Assembly (NCBI GenBank): GCA_963722185.1
Contig: CAVRKD010000001.1
Span: 306,015-370,014 of the forward strand
Direction: 5' to 3'
Length of the DNA: 64,000 bases
Source: an uncultured Actinomycetes bacterium
GTDB lineage: Bacteria; Actinomycetota; Acidimicrobiia; Acidimicrobiales; JACCXE01
Positions 1 through 8,840 of this stretch are shown one piece after another; positions within the stretch are counted from its first letter, which is position 1; each line of letters starts with the position of its first letter. A model generated the notes under the pieces. It was not told where the DNA came from. It saw nothing but the letters and a program-made list of their open reading frames with translations, and made no database searches. The translations under genes were made by a program, and so were the position numbers.

Positions 1-1
1 C

Positions 2-3001
2 CGCACCCGCCTCTGGGGTCTGTCCTTCGCCGAGTTGAACGAGCGCGCCGAAGTCGCCTCGGCGATCGACGAACCCGTTCGCGGTATCCGCGTGGTGCGC
101 GCCTTCGGGCGCGAGGAATACGAGCGCGGCCGGGTCGCGGCGACGGCGCTGCGCACGTACCGCTTCGCCATGACCCGCTGGCGCCTCCTGGCGCGCTTCG
201 ACATCCCGCTGAAGTTTGCACCGGCCATGTTGCAAGGGTTGCTGCTGTTCATCGGGGCCCGCCTGGTCCGGTCCGACTCGCTCACGCTCGGCACCTTCAT
301 GTTGGCGTTCCAGGTCTGCGCGTACGTCGTGCTCGTCGCCGGCTTCGTCGACGAAGGAGCGAGCCTGTGGCAGTACCTCCGCAGCGCGCAGCAGCGGCTC
401 GGCGAAGTGCTCGGCTTCGGCGAAGACGCCCCGGCACCGGGCCGCGACGTGCCGCCCGCGGCCGACGGTCTGCGCCTCGACGCAGTGTCGGTCGCCTTCG
501 ACAGTCGCACCGTGCTCGACGGATTCGACCTGGCGGTCGCTCCGGGACAGCTGGTCGTGGTCACCGGCGGACCGAGCTCCGGTAAGTCCACGTTGGCGGC
601 GATCGCGTCCGGGGCGCTGCTTGCGGACGACGGCGCCGCCCGCCTCGAAGGGGTGCCGCTCGACGAGCTCGACGCGCCGCAACTGCGCGGAGCGATCCGC
701 GTGGCGTTCGAGGAGCCGTACCTGTTCGCCGCGACGGTGCGCGACAACCTCGAGCTGGGCGTGGTGGGGCATGCCACCGACGAAGCGATGGCGTTGGCGC
801 TGCGGGTCGCGGCGGCCGATGACTTCGTGGCGGAGCTCGACGGAGGTCTGGCGGCCGCCGTCGGTGACCGCGGCCTCACGCTCTCGGGCGGGCAACGTCA
901 GCGGCTCGGCCTGGCGCGCGCTCTGGTCGAGCCGCCGCGTGTGCTTGTACTCGACGACGCGCTTTCGGCCGTCAACCCGTCCCTGGAAGTCGAGATCTTG
1001 CGGCGCATCCGCGCCGAGTACCCCGACGTGGGAATCCTCTGCCTGAATCGGCGCTCGGGCACGACCACCATCGCCGACTTGCACGTGCCGCTGCCCGACC
1101 GTCACGAAGATGCGCCCGTGCTCACCGCGCCGGTGGGCGACGACATGATGGCCGACATCACCGCAGTAGCCGCCGACATCGTCTCCCAACTCGAGCTGTC
1201 GGACGACGAGCCCGGCGTGAGCGACGCCGATATCGTGCGCGATACGCCGCCATTGGCGCGGGAGGTGTTCCGCCCGTTCCGTCTCATCGCGGTGACGGCG
1301 GCCCTGGTCCTCGCCGGGCAGTCGCTCATCAAGTTCGCGCCCGAGTACTTCCTTGGCGAAGTGGCGGATGCAGTCAAGGAGCCGAGTTCTTTCGCCACCG
1401 ACTGGCGCGCCGGATTCCTCGTCGTCCTCGGGCTCGTCGGCGCGCTATCGGCCTATGCGTTCCGCGTTCTGGCGCAGCGATGTGCCCAGGGTGTGATGTA
1501 CCTGATGCGGCGCCGCGTCTTCGAAAGGCTGTCGCGGCTCGGGATCGATTTCTACGACCGGGAGCTGCCGGGCCAGGTCGCCGCCCGCGTCATCTTCGAC
1601 CTCGACACGTTGCAGATCTACATCTCACACACGTTGTATCTGACGTTCACGAGCGCCGGCACGATCCTCGCTGGCCTGTCTGTGGTGCTGGTGCTGGCGC
1701 CCGGCGTATTCCCCATCGTGGCCGGTCTCATGGGGTTGATCGCGCTGGTGCTGGCCTTGCAGTATCCGATCGCGAACCGGGCTTACGCCCGTCAGCGCGA
1801 TGCGCTCGGCCTGGTGACGTCGACCTTCGAGGAGGACTTCGTCGCCCGCGATGCCATCCGTGGTTACGGCGCAGTTCCGCGTCAGACGGCGCGGTTCGTC
1901 GCTCGCTCGATGGAGCTACGAAGTGCTCGGCGGTGGGTCGCGTTCGTGACGACCAGCTTCGGCGACATCGTGCAGTTTGGTTCGCACACGCTGGCGGCGC
2001 TGGTGCTCTACCGATCGGGCAACCTCGCGCTTGCCGGCACGATCAGCGTCGGAACGGTTCTGACACTGCGCGCCGTCGCGCAAACAGCGACCACGCCGCT
2101 ATCGGCCTTGTCGCGCATGTACACCGAGTTCCTCGAGGTACGCGTGTCGTGGCGGCGCCTGCAAGAGCCGTTCAACGTGCCGATGCTCCTCGTCGAGCGC
2201 GACGACGCGCGGGAGTGCCCGCGATTGCGCGGCGAGATCGAGTTCGACGGCGTCGCGTTCGCCTACCCGCACACGGGACGCACCGTGCTGCATGACGTGT
2301 CGTTCCGCGTTCCGGCAGGCACGGTGCTGTCGATGGTCGGCTACACCGGAGCCGGCAAGTCGACGATCTCGAAACTGCTGCTGCGCACGTACGACCCCGA
2401 CGCTGGCGCGGTGCGCGTCGACGGCATGGATCTGCGCGACCTCACGCTCGACTCGTACCGCCGCCGCATCTCCGTCGTGCCACAGGACGCGTTCCTGTTC
2501 AAGGGCACCGTCGCCTCCAACATCGCCTACGGCAATCTCGACGCCACGCGCACCGAGATCGAGGCTGCGGCGATTGCCGTGTGCGCCGACGTCGTGCTCC
2601 ACTCATTGCCGGGCGGTTTCGACTGCGTCGTCGAGGAGGAGGCGCGCAACCTCACCGCCGCCCAGCGGCAGCTCATCGCGCTGGCGCGGGCGTGGTTGGC
2701 CGGGCCCGATGTCCTCGTACTCGACGAAGCGACGTCGTGTCTCGATGCGCGATTGGAGCAGCGCGTGCTCGAAGCCGTCGGCCGCCTCAACTGCACGACG
2801 GTCATGGTCACCCACCGCGACAACGTCGTCGCCGCGTCCGACCTCGTCGTCGTGCTCGACGAGGGCCGCGTCGCCGAAGTGGGCACGCCAAGCGACCTCC
2901 GCGGCGCCGGCGGCGCCTACGACCGCCTGTGGGTCCAAGAACCCGAGAAGCGGGCGGAAGACGCCGAGGCAGAGACCGAACCGGAGCCCGCCCCCGCCTA
3001 G
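2..3001 (+). CDS. Fused full-length ABC exporter (TMD-NBD-TMD-NBD); 5' end cut by window edge
   Basis: The frame is open from base 2, so the listed TTG at 35 is not the true start. NBD1 has Walker A GGPSSGKST, signature LSGGQRQR and Walker B VLVLDD. NBD2 has Walker A GYTGAGKST, signature LTAAQRQ, Walker B VLVLDEAT and H-loop VTHRD. A hydrophobic TMD lies between the two NBDs. Confidence 0.9.
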   Translation, partial: RTRLWGLSFAELNERAEVASAIDEPVRGIRVVRAFGREEYERGRVAATALRTYRFAMTRWRLLARFDIPLKFAPAMLQGLLLFIGARLVRSDSLTLGTFMLAFQVCAYVVLVAGFVDEGASLWQYLRSAQQRLGEVLGFGEDAPAPGRDVPPAADGLRLDAVSVAFDSRTVLDGFDLAVAPGQLVVVTGGPSSGKSTLAAIASGALLADDGAARLEGVPLDELDAPQLRGAIRVAFEEPYLFAATVRDNLELGVVGHATDEAMALALRVAAADDFVAELDGGLAAAVGDRGLTLSGGQRQRLGLARALVEPPRVLVLDDALSAVNPSLEVEILRRIRAEYPDVGILCLNRRSGTTTIADLHVPLPDRHEDAPVLTAPVGDDMMADITAVAADIVSQLELSDDEPGVSDADIVRDTPPLAREVFRPFRLIAVTAALVLAGQSLIKFAPEYFLGEVADAVKEPSSFATDWRAGFLVVLGLVGALSAYAFRVLAQRCAQGVMYLMRRRVFERLSRLGIDFYDRELPGQVAARVIFDLDTLQIYISHTLYLTFTSAGTILAGLSVVLVLAPGVFPIVAGLMGLIALVLALQYPIANRAYARQRDALGLVTSTFEEDFVARDAIRGYGAVPRQTARFVARSMELRSARRWVAFVTTSFGDIVQFGSHTLAALVLYRSGNLALAGTISVGTVLTLRAVAQTATTPLSALSRMYTEFLEVRVSWRRLQEPFNVPMLLVERDDARECPRLRGEIEFDGVAFAYPHTGRTVLHDVSFRVPAGTVLSMVGYTGAGKSTISKLLLRTYDPDAGAVRVDGMDLRDLTLDSYRRRISVVPQDAFLFKGTVASNIAYGNLDATRTEIEAAAIAVCADVVLHSLPGGFDCVVEEEARNLTAAQRQLIALARAWLAGPDVLVLDEATSCLDARLEQRVLEAVGRLNCTTVMVTHRDNVVAASDLVVVLDEGRVAEVGTPSDLRGAGGAYDRLWVQEPEKRAEDAEAETEPEPAPA

Positions 3002-3052
3002 ACGTTTGGGTGCGCGTAGCTGAACATCGTCAAATAGACGCACCCAAACGTC
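3001..3052. terminator. Bidirectional terminator-like inverted repeat
   Basis: Perfect 14-bp arms GACGTTTGGGTGCG / CGCACCCAAACGTC with a 24-nt spacer. It fills the entire gap between the convergent stop codons (TAG 2999-3001 and TCA 3051-3053). Confidence 0.55.
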
Positions 3053-3995
3053 AGAGGAGGTCGCGGACCCAGCGGTCGAGGGCGTCGTACAGGACCGAGC
3101 GGCCCTCGAAGGCGTGGTGGGAGTGCCCCGTCTCGGGGAGGACGACGGTGGTGACTTCGGGCGACTTGGGGAACCCCGCCGGGATGTCTTCGATCGGGCC
3201 GGTGATGTCGAGTTCGCCGTTGGCGATCAGTACCGGTACGTCGATGACGGCCATCTCGGGCTTGATGCTGCCGGGCACAATCGAGGTCATCGCCGCGAGC
3301 GGCGGCGGTGGCGCGGCGATGCGCCGCACGGCGTCGGCGACGTCGGGCGACAGCTTGTTGCTGTGGAACATGACCGGTCGCCGGGGCGGCGGATCCGTGG
3401 CCGACGTGGTGTCGATCGGCGCGTCGTCGGGCGGCCGCTGCTGCATCGGGTACTCGCCCCGCGCAGCGACGATCTTCGGCAGCGCGGCGCGTAGCGCCAA
3501 TGGGTCGTCGATGTAAGCGACGAGATCCGGCGGTACGAAGTCCGGCAGGCCGCGGTTGGCGAAGCCCGTGAGGGCGATGGCCGAGAACGTGCGGTAATGC
3601 GCTTGTTGGATGGCGATGAGCATCGAGCCCATCGAGTGGCCGACACCGATCGCCGGCAGGTCGGGGAGTCCCTTCAGCACGCGCGAAAACGCTTCGTGTT
3701 GCTCGGCGGCCAGGACCTCGACGGTGAGCTCCATGGGCGGCGGCTTCGAACTCTCGCCGACACCCAAGTGATCGGCGAGCAGGACGTAATGACCTTTGGC
3801 CGCCAGCGTGCGGGCGAAGCTGTGCGAGCCGTTGGCACCGGGCACATCGAGATCCCAGTAGCGCCGCGTAACGCCGCCTCCTGCCAAGCAGCAGAGGATC
3901 GAAACCGGGGCCCGCGTCGGTTCGAACACCTCCACGGCCATGTGGCGCTCACTCTGCATCTTCGGTTCGCTCGCCGGCTCGCTCACTGTTTCCAC
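3051..3995 (-). CDS. Alpha/beta-fold hydrolase
   Basis: 314-aa ORF with nucleophile elbow GHSMGS and a C-terminal His region (PETGHSHH). Internal Met starts at 3959 or 3941 are possible. Confidence 0.8.
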   Translation of the reverse strand: METVSEPASEPKMQSERHMAVEVFEPTRAPVSILCCLAGGGVTRRYWDLDVPGANGSHSFARTLAAKGHYVLLADHLGVGESSKPPPMELTVEVLAAEQHEAFSRVLKGLPDLPAIGVGHSMGSMLIAIQQAHYRTFSAIALTGFANRGLPDFVPPDLVAYIDDPLALRAALPKIVAARGEYPMQQRPPDDAPIDTTSATDPPPRRPVMFHSNKLSPDVADAVRRIAAPPPPLAAMTSIVPGSIKPEMAVIDVPVLIANGELDITGPIEDIPAGFPKSPEVTTVVLPETGHSHHAFEGRSVLYDALDRWVRDLL

Positions 3996-4621
3996 ATCCC
4001 GTTCCTGATGTCGCGCACGGTTGCGGGATCGAAAGCCGCGATCTGCTCCGCCAGGGCGATGGCGGTCGGCAGAACGTCCGCCGACGGGACGACGCGGTTG
4101 ACCACGCCGAGCTCGTACAGCCGGCTCGCGGGCACCCGCTCACCCAGGAGCGCCCACTCCAGCGCCGTCGGCAGCGGCACGCGCGACGGGAAGTCGAGCG
4201 CGCCGCCGTGAGGAACCATGCCGGCCTTCACCTCGGGGAGGCCGAAGTCGCAATGTTCGCCGGCCACGATCAGGTCGCAGCGCATGGCGATCTCGAACCC
4301 ACCGCCCATGGCCATGCCGTTGACCGCCGCCACCGTCGGCAACCGGTCGGGCGAGCCCATCGCCGCATTCCACGCCGTGAACGCTTCGCCGGCGGCGCCG
4401 CGGTCCGCCGCCAGCGCCTTGAGATCCATCCCGGCACTGAAGGCGACGTCACCAGCGCCCGTCAGCACGGCCGAGCGGTACCCGTCGCTTGCCGCGGCAT
4501 CGCTCAACACACCGGCGACTTCGATGATGGTGGCCGGGTCGAGAGCGTTGCGGACTTCCTGGCGATCCCAGCGCAGAACGACGACCGCGCCGTGCTGTTC
4601 GACGGCGAGCGCGTCCCCCAT
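3983..4621 (-). CDS. Enoyl-CoA hydratase/isomerase (crotonase) family protein
   Basis: Crotonase-type segments FSAGMDL and AAVNGMAMGGGFEIAMRCD. Its end overlaps the start of the downstream hydrolase gene by 13 nt, which suggests an operon. Confidence 0.85.
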   Translation of the reverse strand: MGDALAVEQHGAVVVLRWDRQEVRNALDPATIIEVAGVLSDAAASDGYRSAVLTGAGDVAFSAGMDLKALAADRGAAGEAFTAWNAAMGSPDRLPTVAAVNGMAMGGGFEIAMRCDLIVAGEHCDFGLPEVKAGMVPHGGALDFPSRVPLPTALEWALLGERVPASRLYELGVVNRVVPSADVLPTAIALAEQIAAFDPATVRDIRNGMWKQ

Positions 4622-4644
4622 AGCGCCCGCAATGATGCACTAGT

Positions 4645-5103
4645 TTGCGCTTCGTGGTCGACACGGCGCTGCTCTCGCGCCTCGGCGTCGTCTTGCGAGA
4701 GATCCGCCGCGGTACCGCGCAGGATCTGCGCTCCCGCCTGTACGGCGAACTCGTCGACCTCGCCCAGGCCGACTGCCTCGAAGTCATCGCCCTGCGCGGT
4801 TCGTGCACGATGTCCGAGCTGGCCAGCGAGTTGCGGGTCGATGCGTCGGCCGCCACCCGCACCGTGCGCCGCTTGGTCGACGGGGGCTATGTGACCCGGG
4901 CGGCGGCGCCCTCCGACGCGCGGGCCGTGGTGGTCAGCCTCACCGATGAAGGCCTCGTGCTGGTGAAAGAGATCGGGCAGCGCAGCCTGGCCGCCGTGCT
5001 CGACATCTTCCGCGAGTTCAGCGACGACGAGCAGAAACAGCTTGTTGACCTGCTGGAACGCTTCGTCAAGGGCATCGACAGGACTCGCGCAACCGCGCCC
5101 TGA
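4645..5103 (+). CDS. MarR-family transcriptional regulator
   Basis: 152 aa with a winged-HTH segment MSELASELRVDASAATRTVRRLVDGGYVTR...DARAVVVSLT. It is divergent from the crotonase gene with a 23-bp gap. Confidence 0.85.
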   Translation: MRFVVDTALLSRLGVVLREIRRGTAQDLRSRLYGELVDLAQADCLEVIALRGSCTMSELASELRVDASAATRTVRRLVDGGYVTRAAAPSDARAVVVSLTDEGLVLVKEIGQRSLAAVLDIFREFSDDEQKQLVDLLERFVKGIDRTRATAP

Positions 5104-5150
5104 CCAACCTGGTTGACTGCGCCTCCCAGGCGCGGCATAGTCATCACTAT

Positions 5151-6545
5151 GTGGGGGTCCAAGTAGTGGCGCGCCGCGGCACGTCACCCATCCTGATCGG
5201 CAACGGTCAGGGGTTCTGGGGCGACTCCGTGCTGGGCCCGGTGCAGCTGGTCGAGCAGGGCCCGCTGCACTACCTCACGCTCGATTACCTGGCCGAAGTG
5301 ACCATGAGCATCATGCAGAAGCAGCGCTCGCGTGACGCCAGCGCCGGCTACGCCCGCGACTTTCTCGGGGTGGTCGAGCGCGTGCTGCCCACCTGCAAGG
5401 AGCGCGGCATCCGCATCATCGCCAACGCCGCGGGCGTCAACGCCGCGGCGTGCGCCGAGGCCCTGGCGGCGGTGGTGCGCAAGCTCGGTCTGCCCGACGT
5501 CCGTATCGGCGTGGTCGAGGGCGACGACATCCTCGACCGCCTCGACGACGTAATCGCCAACGGCGAGCCGCTCGCCAACATCGACACGGGGGCGCCGCTA
5601 TCGACCGTGCTCGACAAGGTGCTGAGCGCCAATGTCTACCTGGGCGCCGAAGGCATCGCCGAGTGCCTCGACAACGGCGCCGACATCGTGGTCACCGGTC
5701 GCTGCACCGACCCCTCGCTCACCTTGGCGCCGATGGTCTACGAGTTCGGCTGGAGCATGAGCGACTACGACCAGCTCGCCGCCGGGACCGTGGCCGGGCA
5801 CATCATCGAGTGCGGTGCCCAGTGCACGGGCGGCAACTTCACGCACTGGCGCGAGGCCGGTGACCTCACGAACATCGGCTACCCGGTGGTCGAGGCCAAC
5901 GCCGACGGCTCTTTCGTGGTCACGAAGCACCCCGGCACAGGTGGTGCGGTCACTACCGACACCGTCACCGCCCAGCTGCTGTACGAACTCGGCGACCCGA
6001 ACCGCTACCTCACGCCCGACTGCGTCGCCGACTTCACCACCATCGAGCTGGAGCCAGACGGCGCCGACCGCGTGCGGGTCTCGGGCGTCACGGGCTCGGC
6101 GCCCACCGACACCCTCAAGGTCTCCATCGCCACCGAGGGCGGCTTCAAGGCGCAAGGCGAGCTCACCGTCGGCGGCCCCGACGCCATCGAGAAGGCCAAC
6201 TTCACCGCCGAGCTGCTGTTCAAGCGCCTCGCGCTCGACGGGGTGAGCTTCGAGCCGCACGAGCGCCACGTCGAGCTGGTCGGCAACAACGTGCTCTACA
6301 AGGGCATGACGGCGGACCCGAGCGACCCGAGCGAAGTGGTGATGCGCGTCGGCGTGCGCGGCGACAACAAGCGCAAGCTCGATCGCTGGGGCATGGAACT
6401 GGCGTCGCTGCTCACCAGCGGGCCCCCAGGCCTGACCGGCTTTGCCGGCGGGCGGCCCAAGGCGACCGAGATCGTGGCCTACTGGCCTGCGCTGATTTCC
6501 CGCGACGCCGTGTCGTGGTCCACGAACGTGGAGACGGTGGCGTGA
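5151..6545 (+). CDS. AtuA-like protein (acyclic terpene utilisation family, DUF1446)
   Basis: About 460 aa with N-terminal IGNGQGFWGDS and an overall DUF1446-like layout. GTG 5166, preceded by GGGGG, is an alternative start. Confidence 0.75.
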   Translation: MGVQVVARRGTSPILIGNGQGFWGDSVLGPVQLVEQGPLHYLTLDYLAEVTMSIMQKQRSRDASAGYARDFLGVVERVLPTCKERGIRIIANAAGVNAAACAEALAAVVRKLGLPDVRIGVVEGDDILDRLDDVIANGEPLANIDTGAPLSTVLDKVLSANVYLGAEGIAECLDNGADIVVTGRCTDPSLTLAPMVYEFGWSMSDYDQLAAGTVAGHIIECGAQCTGGNFTHWREAGDLTNIGYPVVEANADGSFVVTKHPGTGGAVTTDTVTAQLLYELGDPNRYLTPDCVADFTTIELEPDGADRVRVSGVTGSAPTDTLKVSIATEGGFKAQGELTVGGPDAIEKANFTAELLFKRLALDGVSFEPHERHVELVGNNVLYKGMTADPSDPSEVVMRVGVRGDNKRKLDRWGMELASLLTSGPPGLTGFAGGRPKATEIVAYWPALISRDAVSWSTNVETVA

Positions 6546-6859
6546 CCCATATCAAGGTCGGCGACATCGCAATGGCCCGCAGCGGCGACAAGGGTGCCGA
6601 CGCCAACGTGGGTGTGTGGGCCCGCACCGACGCCGACTACGAGGTCTTGCGAAGCGCTCTAACCACAGAGGTCGTGAAGGCGCACTTCGCCGACATGTGC
6701 CGCGGCGAAGTGCTGCGGTACGAGCTGCCCAAGCTGCGAGCGCTCAACTTCATCCTGCGCGACGCCCTCGACGGAGGGGCCAGCGCCAGCCTGCGCACCG
6801 ACGCCCAAGGCAAGACCTACGGCAACGGCCTGCTGCTGCTGGAGATCTCGACCTCGTGA
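6542..6859 (+). CDS. Small AtuA-associated protein (DUF4387-like)
   Basis: GTGA start/stop overlap with the upstream gene. Carries the MARSGDKGADANVGVWAR motif. The ORF-track start at 6515 is an in-frame upstream extension. Confidence 0.65.
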   Translation: MTHIKVGDIAMARSGDKGADANVGVWARTDADYEVLRSALTTEVVKAHFADMCRGEVLRYELPKLRALNFILRDALDGGASASLRTDAQGKTYGNGLLLLEISTS

Positions 6860-7635
6860 CTGTGCGCATCGCCTTCGCCGACACCGAGGACGATCGCGTC
6901 ACCGCGGCGGTCGCCGCGCTCGAAGGCGTCGGCAGCATCACGCCCGTCTACGCCGACAGCGTGCTCTCCGCCGCTGAGATGACGCGTGACGGCCACGTCG
7001 ACGCCGGCATTGCCGGCAGCCTGACGTCGAGTCCCGACTGCATCCGCGCCGCCCTCAAGATCATCGGCACGGCGACGCCCGGCGGGTTCGCTTGCGGCTG
7101 CTTCTTCATGCACCTCGGCGAGCGCGTCTTCACCTACGCCGACCCGGCGGTGGTGCCGCACCCCGACGCCGACCAACTCGCCGCCATCGCCATCGCCGCG
7201 GCCGACGCGCACCGCCAAGTCGTCGGCGATGAACCGCTCGTGGCCATGCTCTCGTTCTCCACGCTCGGCACCGCCGACCACCCGGACGTGCTCAAGGTGC
7301 GCGAAGCCGTGCAGCTCGTTCGCGAGCGGCGTCCCGACATCAAGGTCGACGGCGAGTTCCAGTTCGACGTCGCCATCGACGCCGCGGTAGCCGCGCGCAA
7401 GTGCCCGGAGTCCACCGTCGCCGGACGGGCCAACGTGTTCGTGTTCCCCGACCTCGATGCCGGCAACATCGCCTACAAGATCACCGAGCGACTCGCCGGC
7501 GCCCGCGCCATCGGATCCTTCCTGCTCGGCCTGCGCCGGCCATGGGTCGACCTGTCCCGCGGCTGCAACGTCGATGACATCGTCGGCGCCGCCAACGCCG
7601 TCGCCCGTTTCGTAGAAGAGAAAGTGCCGGTATGA
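6856..7635 (+). CDS. Phosphate acetyl/butyryl-transferase family protein (short, ~260 aa)
   Basis: PTA_PTB-like C-terminal motifs FVFPDLDAGNIAYKI and LSRGCNVDDIV. GTGA overlap at 6856-6859. The ORF-track start at 6616 lies inside the previous gene. Confidence 0.7.
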   Translation: MTVRIAFADTEDDRVTAAVAALEGVGSITPVYADSVLSAAEMTRDGHVDAGIAGSLTSSPDCIRAALKIIGTATPGGFACGCFFMHLGERVFTYADPAVVPHPDADQLAAIAIAAADAHRQVVGDEPLVAMLSFSTLGTADHPDVLKVREAVQLVRERRPDIKVDGEFQFDVAIDAAVAARKCPESTVAGRANVFVFPDLDAGNIAYKITERLAGARAIGSFLLGLRRPWVDLSRGCNVDDIVGAANAVARFVEEKVPV

Positions 7636-8813
7636 CGAAAGAACTGACCGTGTTGTCGCCTGAGGTGACGGAGGTGCGCGACGCCATACGCGAAGTCGCC
7701 GCGGGCATCGCCGCCAAGTACGACCGGGCGTTCTGGGTCGAGTCGTCGCGCAAGCACCGCTTCCCCGAAGAGATCTGGGATCTCATGGGGACCCAAGGAC
7801 TGCTCAGCCTCGGCGTGCCCAAGGAATACGGCGGCTCCGGCGAGGGCATCGTGCCGGTCGTCGCCGCCATGGAAGCAATGGCGGCCAACGGCATCCCCAT
7901 CGCGCTGTATCTCCTCACCGCCTTCTCCCGCGAGGCCATCCTGCGCCACGGCTCCGAAGAGCAGAAGCAGCGCTTCGTGGTGCCGACCGTCGACGGCAGC
8001 GAGAAAATCTGCTTCGCCATCACCGAGCCCAACGCCGGGACCAACTCGTTCAAGATGGAAAGCGTCGCCGTGGCCCAAGATGACGGCACCTACCTACTCA
8101 ACGGCTCGAAGATCTTCATCTCCGGAGCCGACGCCGCCGATCGCATGCTGGTCGTGGCCCGCACGACCCGCGCCGGCGAAGTGGCTGACCGCCGCGCCGG
8201 CATGTCGCTGTTCGTGCTCGACACCAAGCAGAAGGGCGTCGAACTCGTTCCGCAAGACATCGACATCCTCATCGCCGACCTGCAGCACACCGTGTTCTTC
8301 GACAACGTCGTGGTCACGCCCGACCAGCTCATCGGCGAAGAGGGTCAGGGCTTCCGCTACATGTTCGACGCGCTCAACCCCGAGCGCGTCCTCACCGCGG
8401 CATGGGCGTGCGGCATCGGCGACTACGCGCTAGCCAAGGGCGTCGAATACGCCTGCGAACGGGCGCCGTTCGGCGCGCCCATCGGGTCGTACCAGGGGCT
8501 GCAACATCCCCTCGCCCGGTCCAAAGCCAATCTCGACGCCGCCCGGCTGATGATGTACACCGCGGCCAAGACCTTCGACGACGGGGGCGACGCCGGTTAC
8601 CTGGCGAATGCTGCGAAGCTGCTGGCATCCGAGGCGGCGGTCAACACCGTCGACTGCGTCATGCAGACGTTTGGCGGATACGCGTTCACAGCTGAATACG
8701 ACGTATCCACGTTGTGGCCTATGGCACGGTTGTTGCGGATCGCTCCCGTCAACAACGAAATGGTGCTGAATTACATCGGCGAGCACGTGCTCGGACTACC
8801 GAAGAGTTACTGA
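7632..8813 (+). CDS. Acyl-CoA dehydrogenase
   Basis: 393 aa with ATGA overlap to the upstream gene. ACAD-type segments CFAITEPNAGTNS and QTFGGYAF. Confidence 0.9.
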   Translation: MTKELTVLSPEVTEVRDAIREVAAGIAAKYDRAFWVESSRKHRFPEEIWDLMGTQGLLSLGVPKEYGGSGEGIVPVVAAMEAMAANGIPIALYLLTAFSREAILRHGSEEQKQRFVVPTVDGSEKICFAITEPNAGTNSFKMESVAVAQDDGTYLLNGSKIFISGADAADRMLVVARTTRAGEVADRRAGMSLFVLDTKQKGVELVPQDIDILIADLQHTVFFDNVVVTPDQLIGEEGQGFRYMFDALNPERVLTAAWACGIGDYALAKGVEYACERAPFGAPIGSYQGLQHPLARSKANLDAARLMMYTAAKTFDDGGDAGYLANAAKLLASEAAVNTVDCVMQTFGGYAFTAEYDVSTLWPMARLLRIAPVNNEMVLNYIGEHVLGLPKSY

Positions 8814-8840
8814 GCGATCCAAGAGGCCTGGGGGGGTCCA

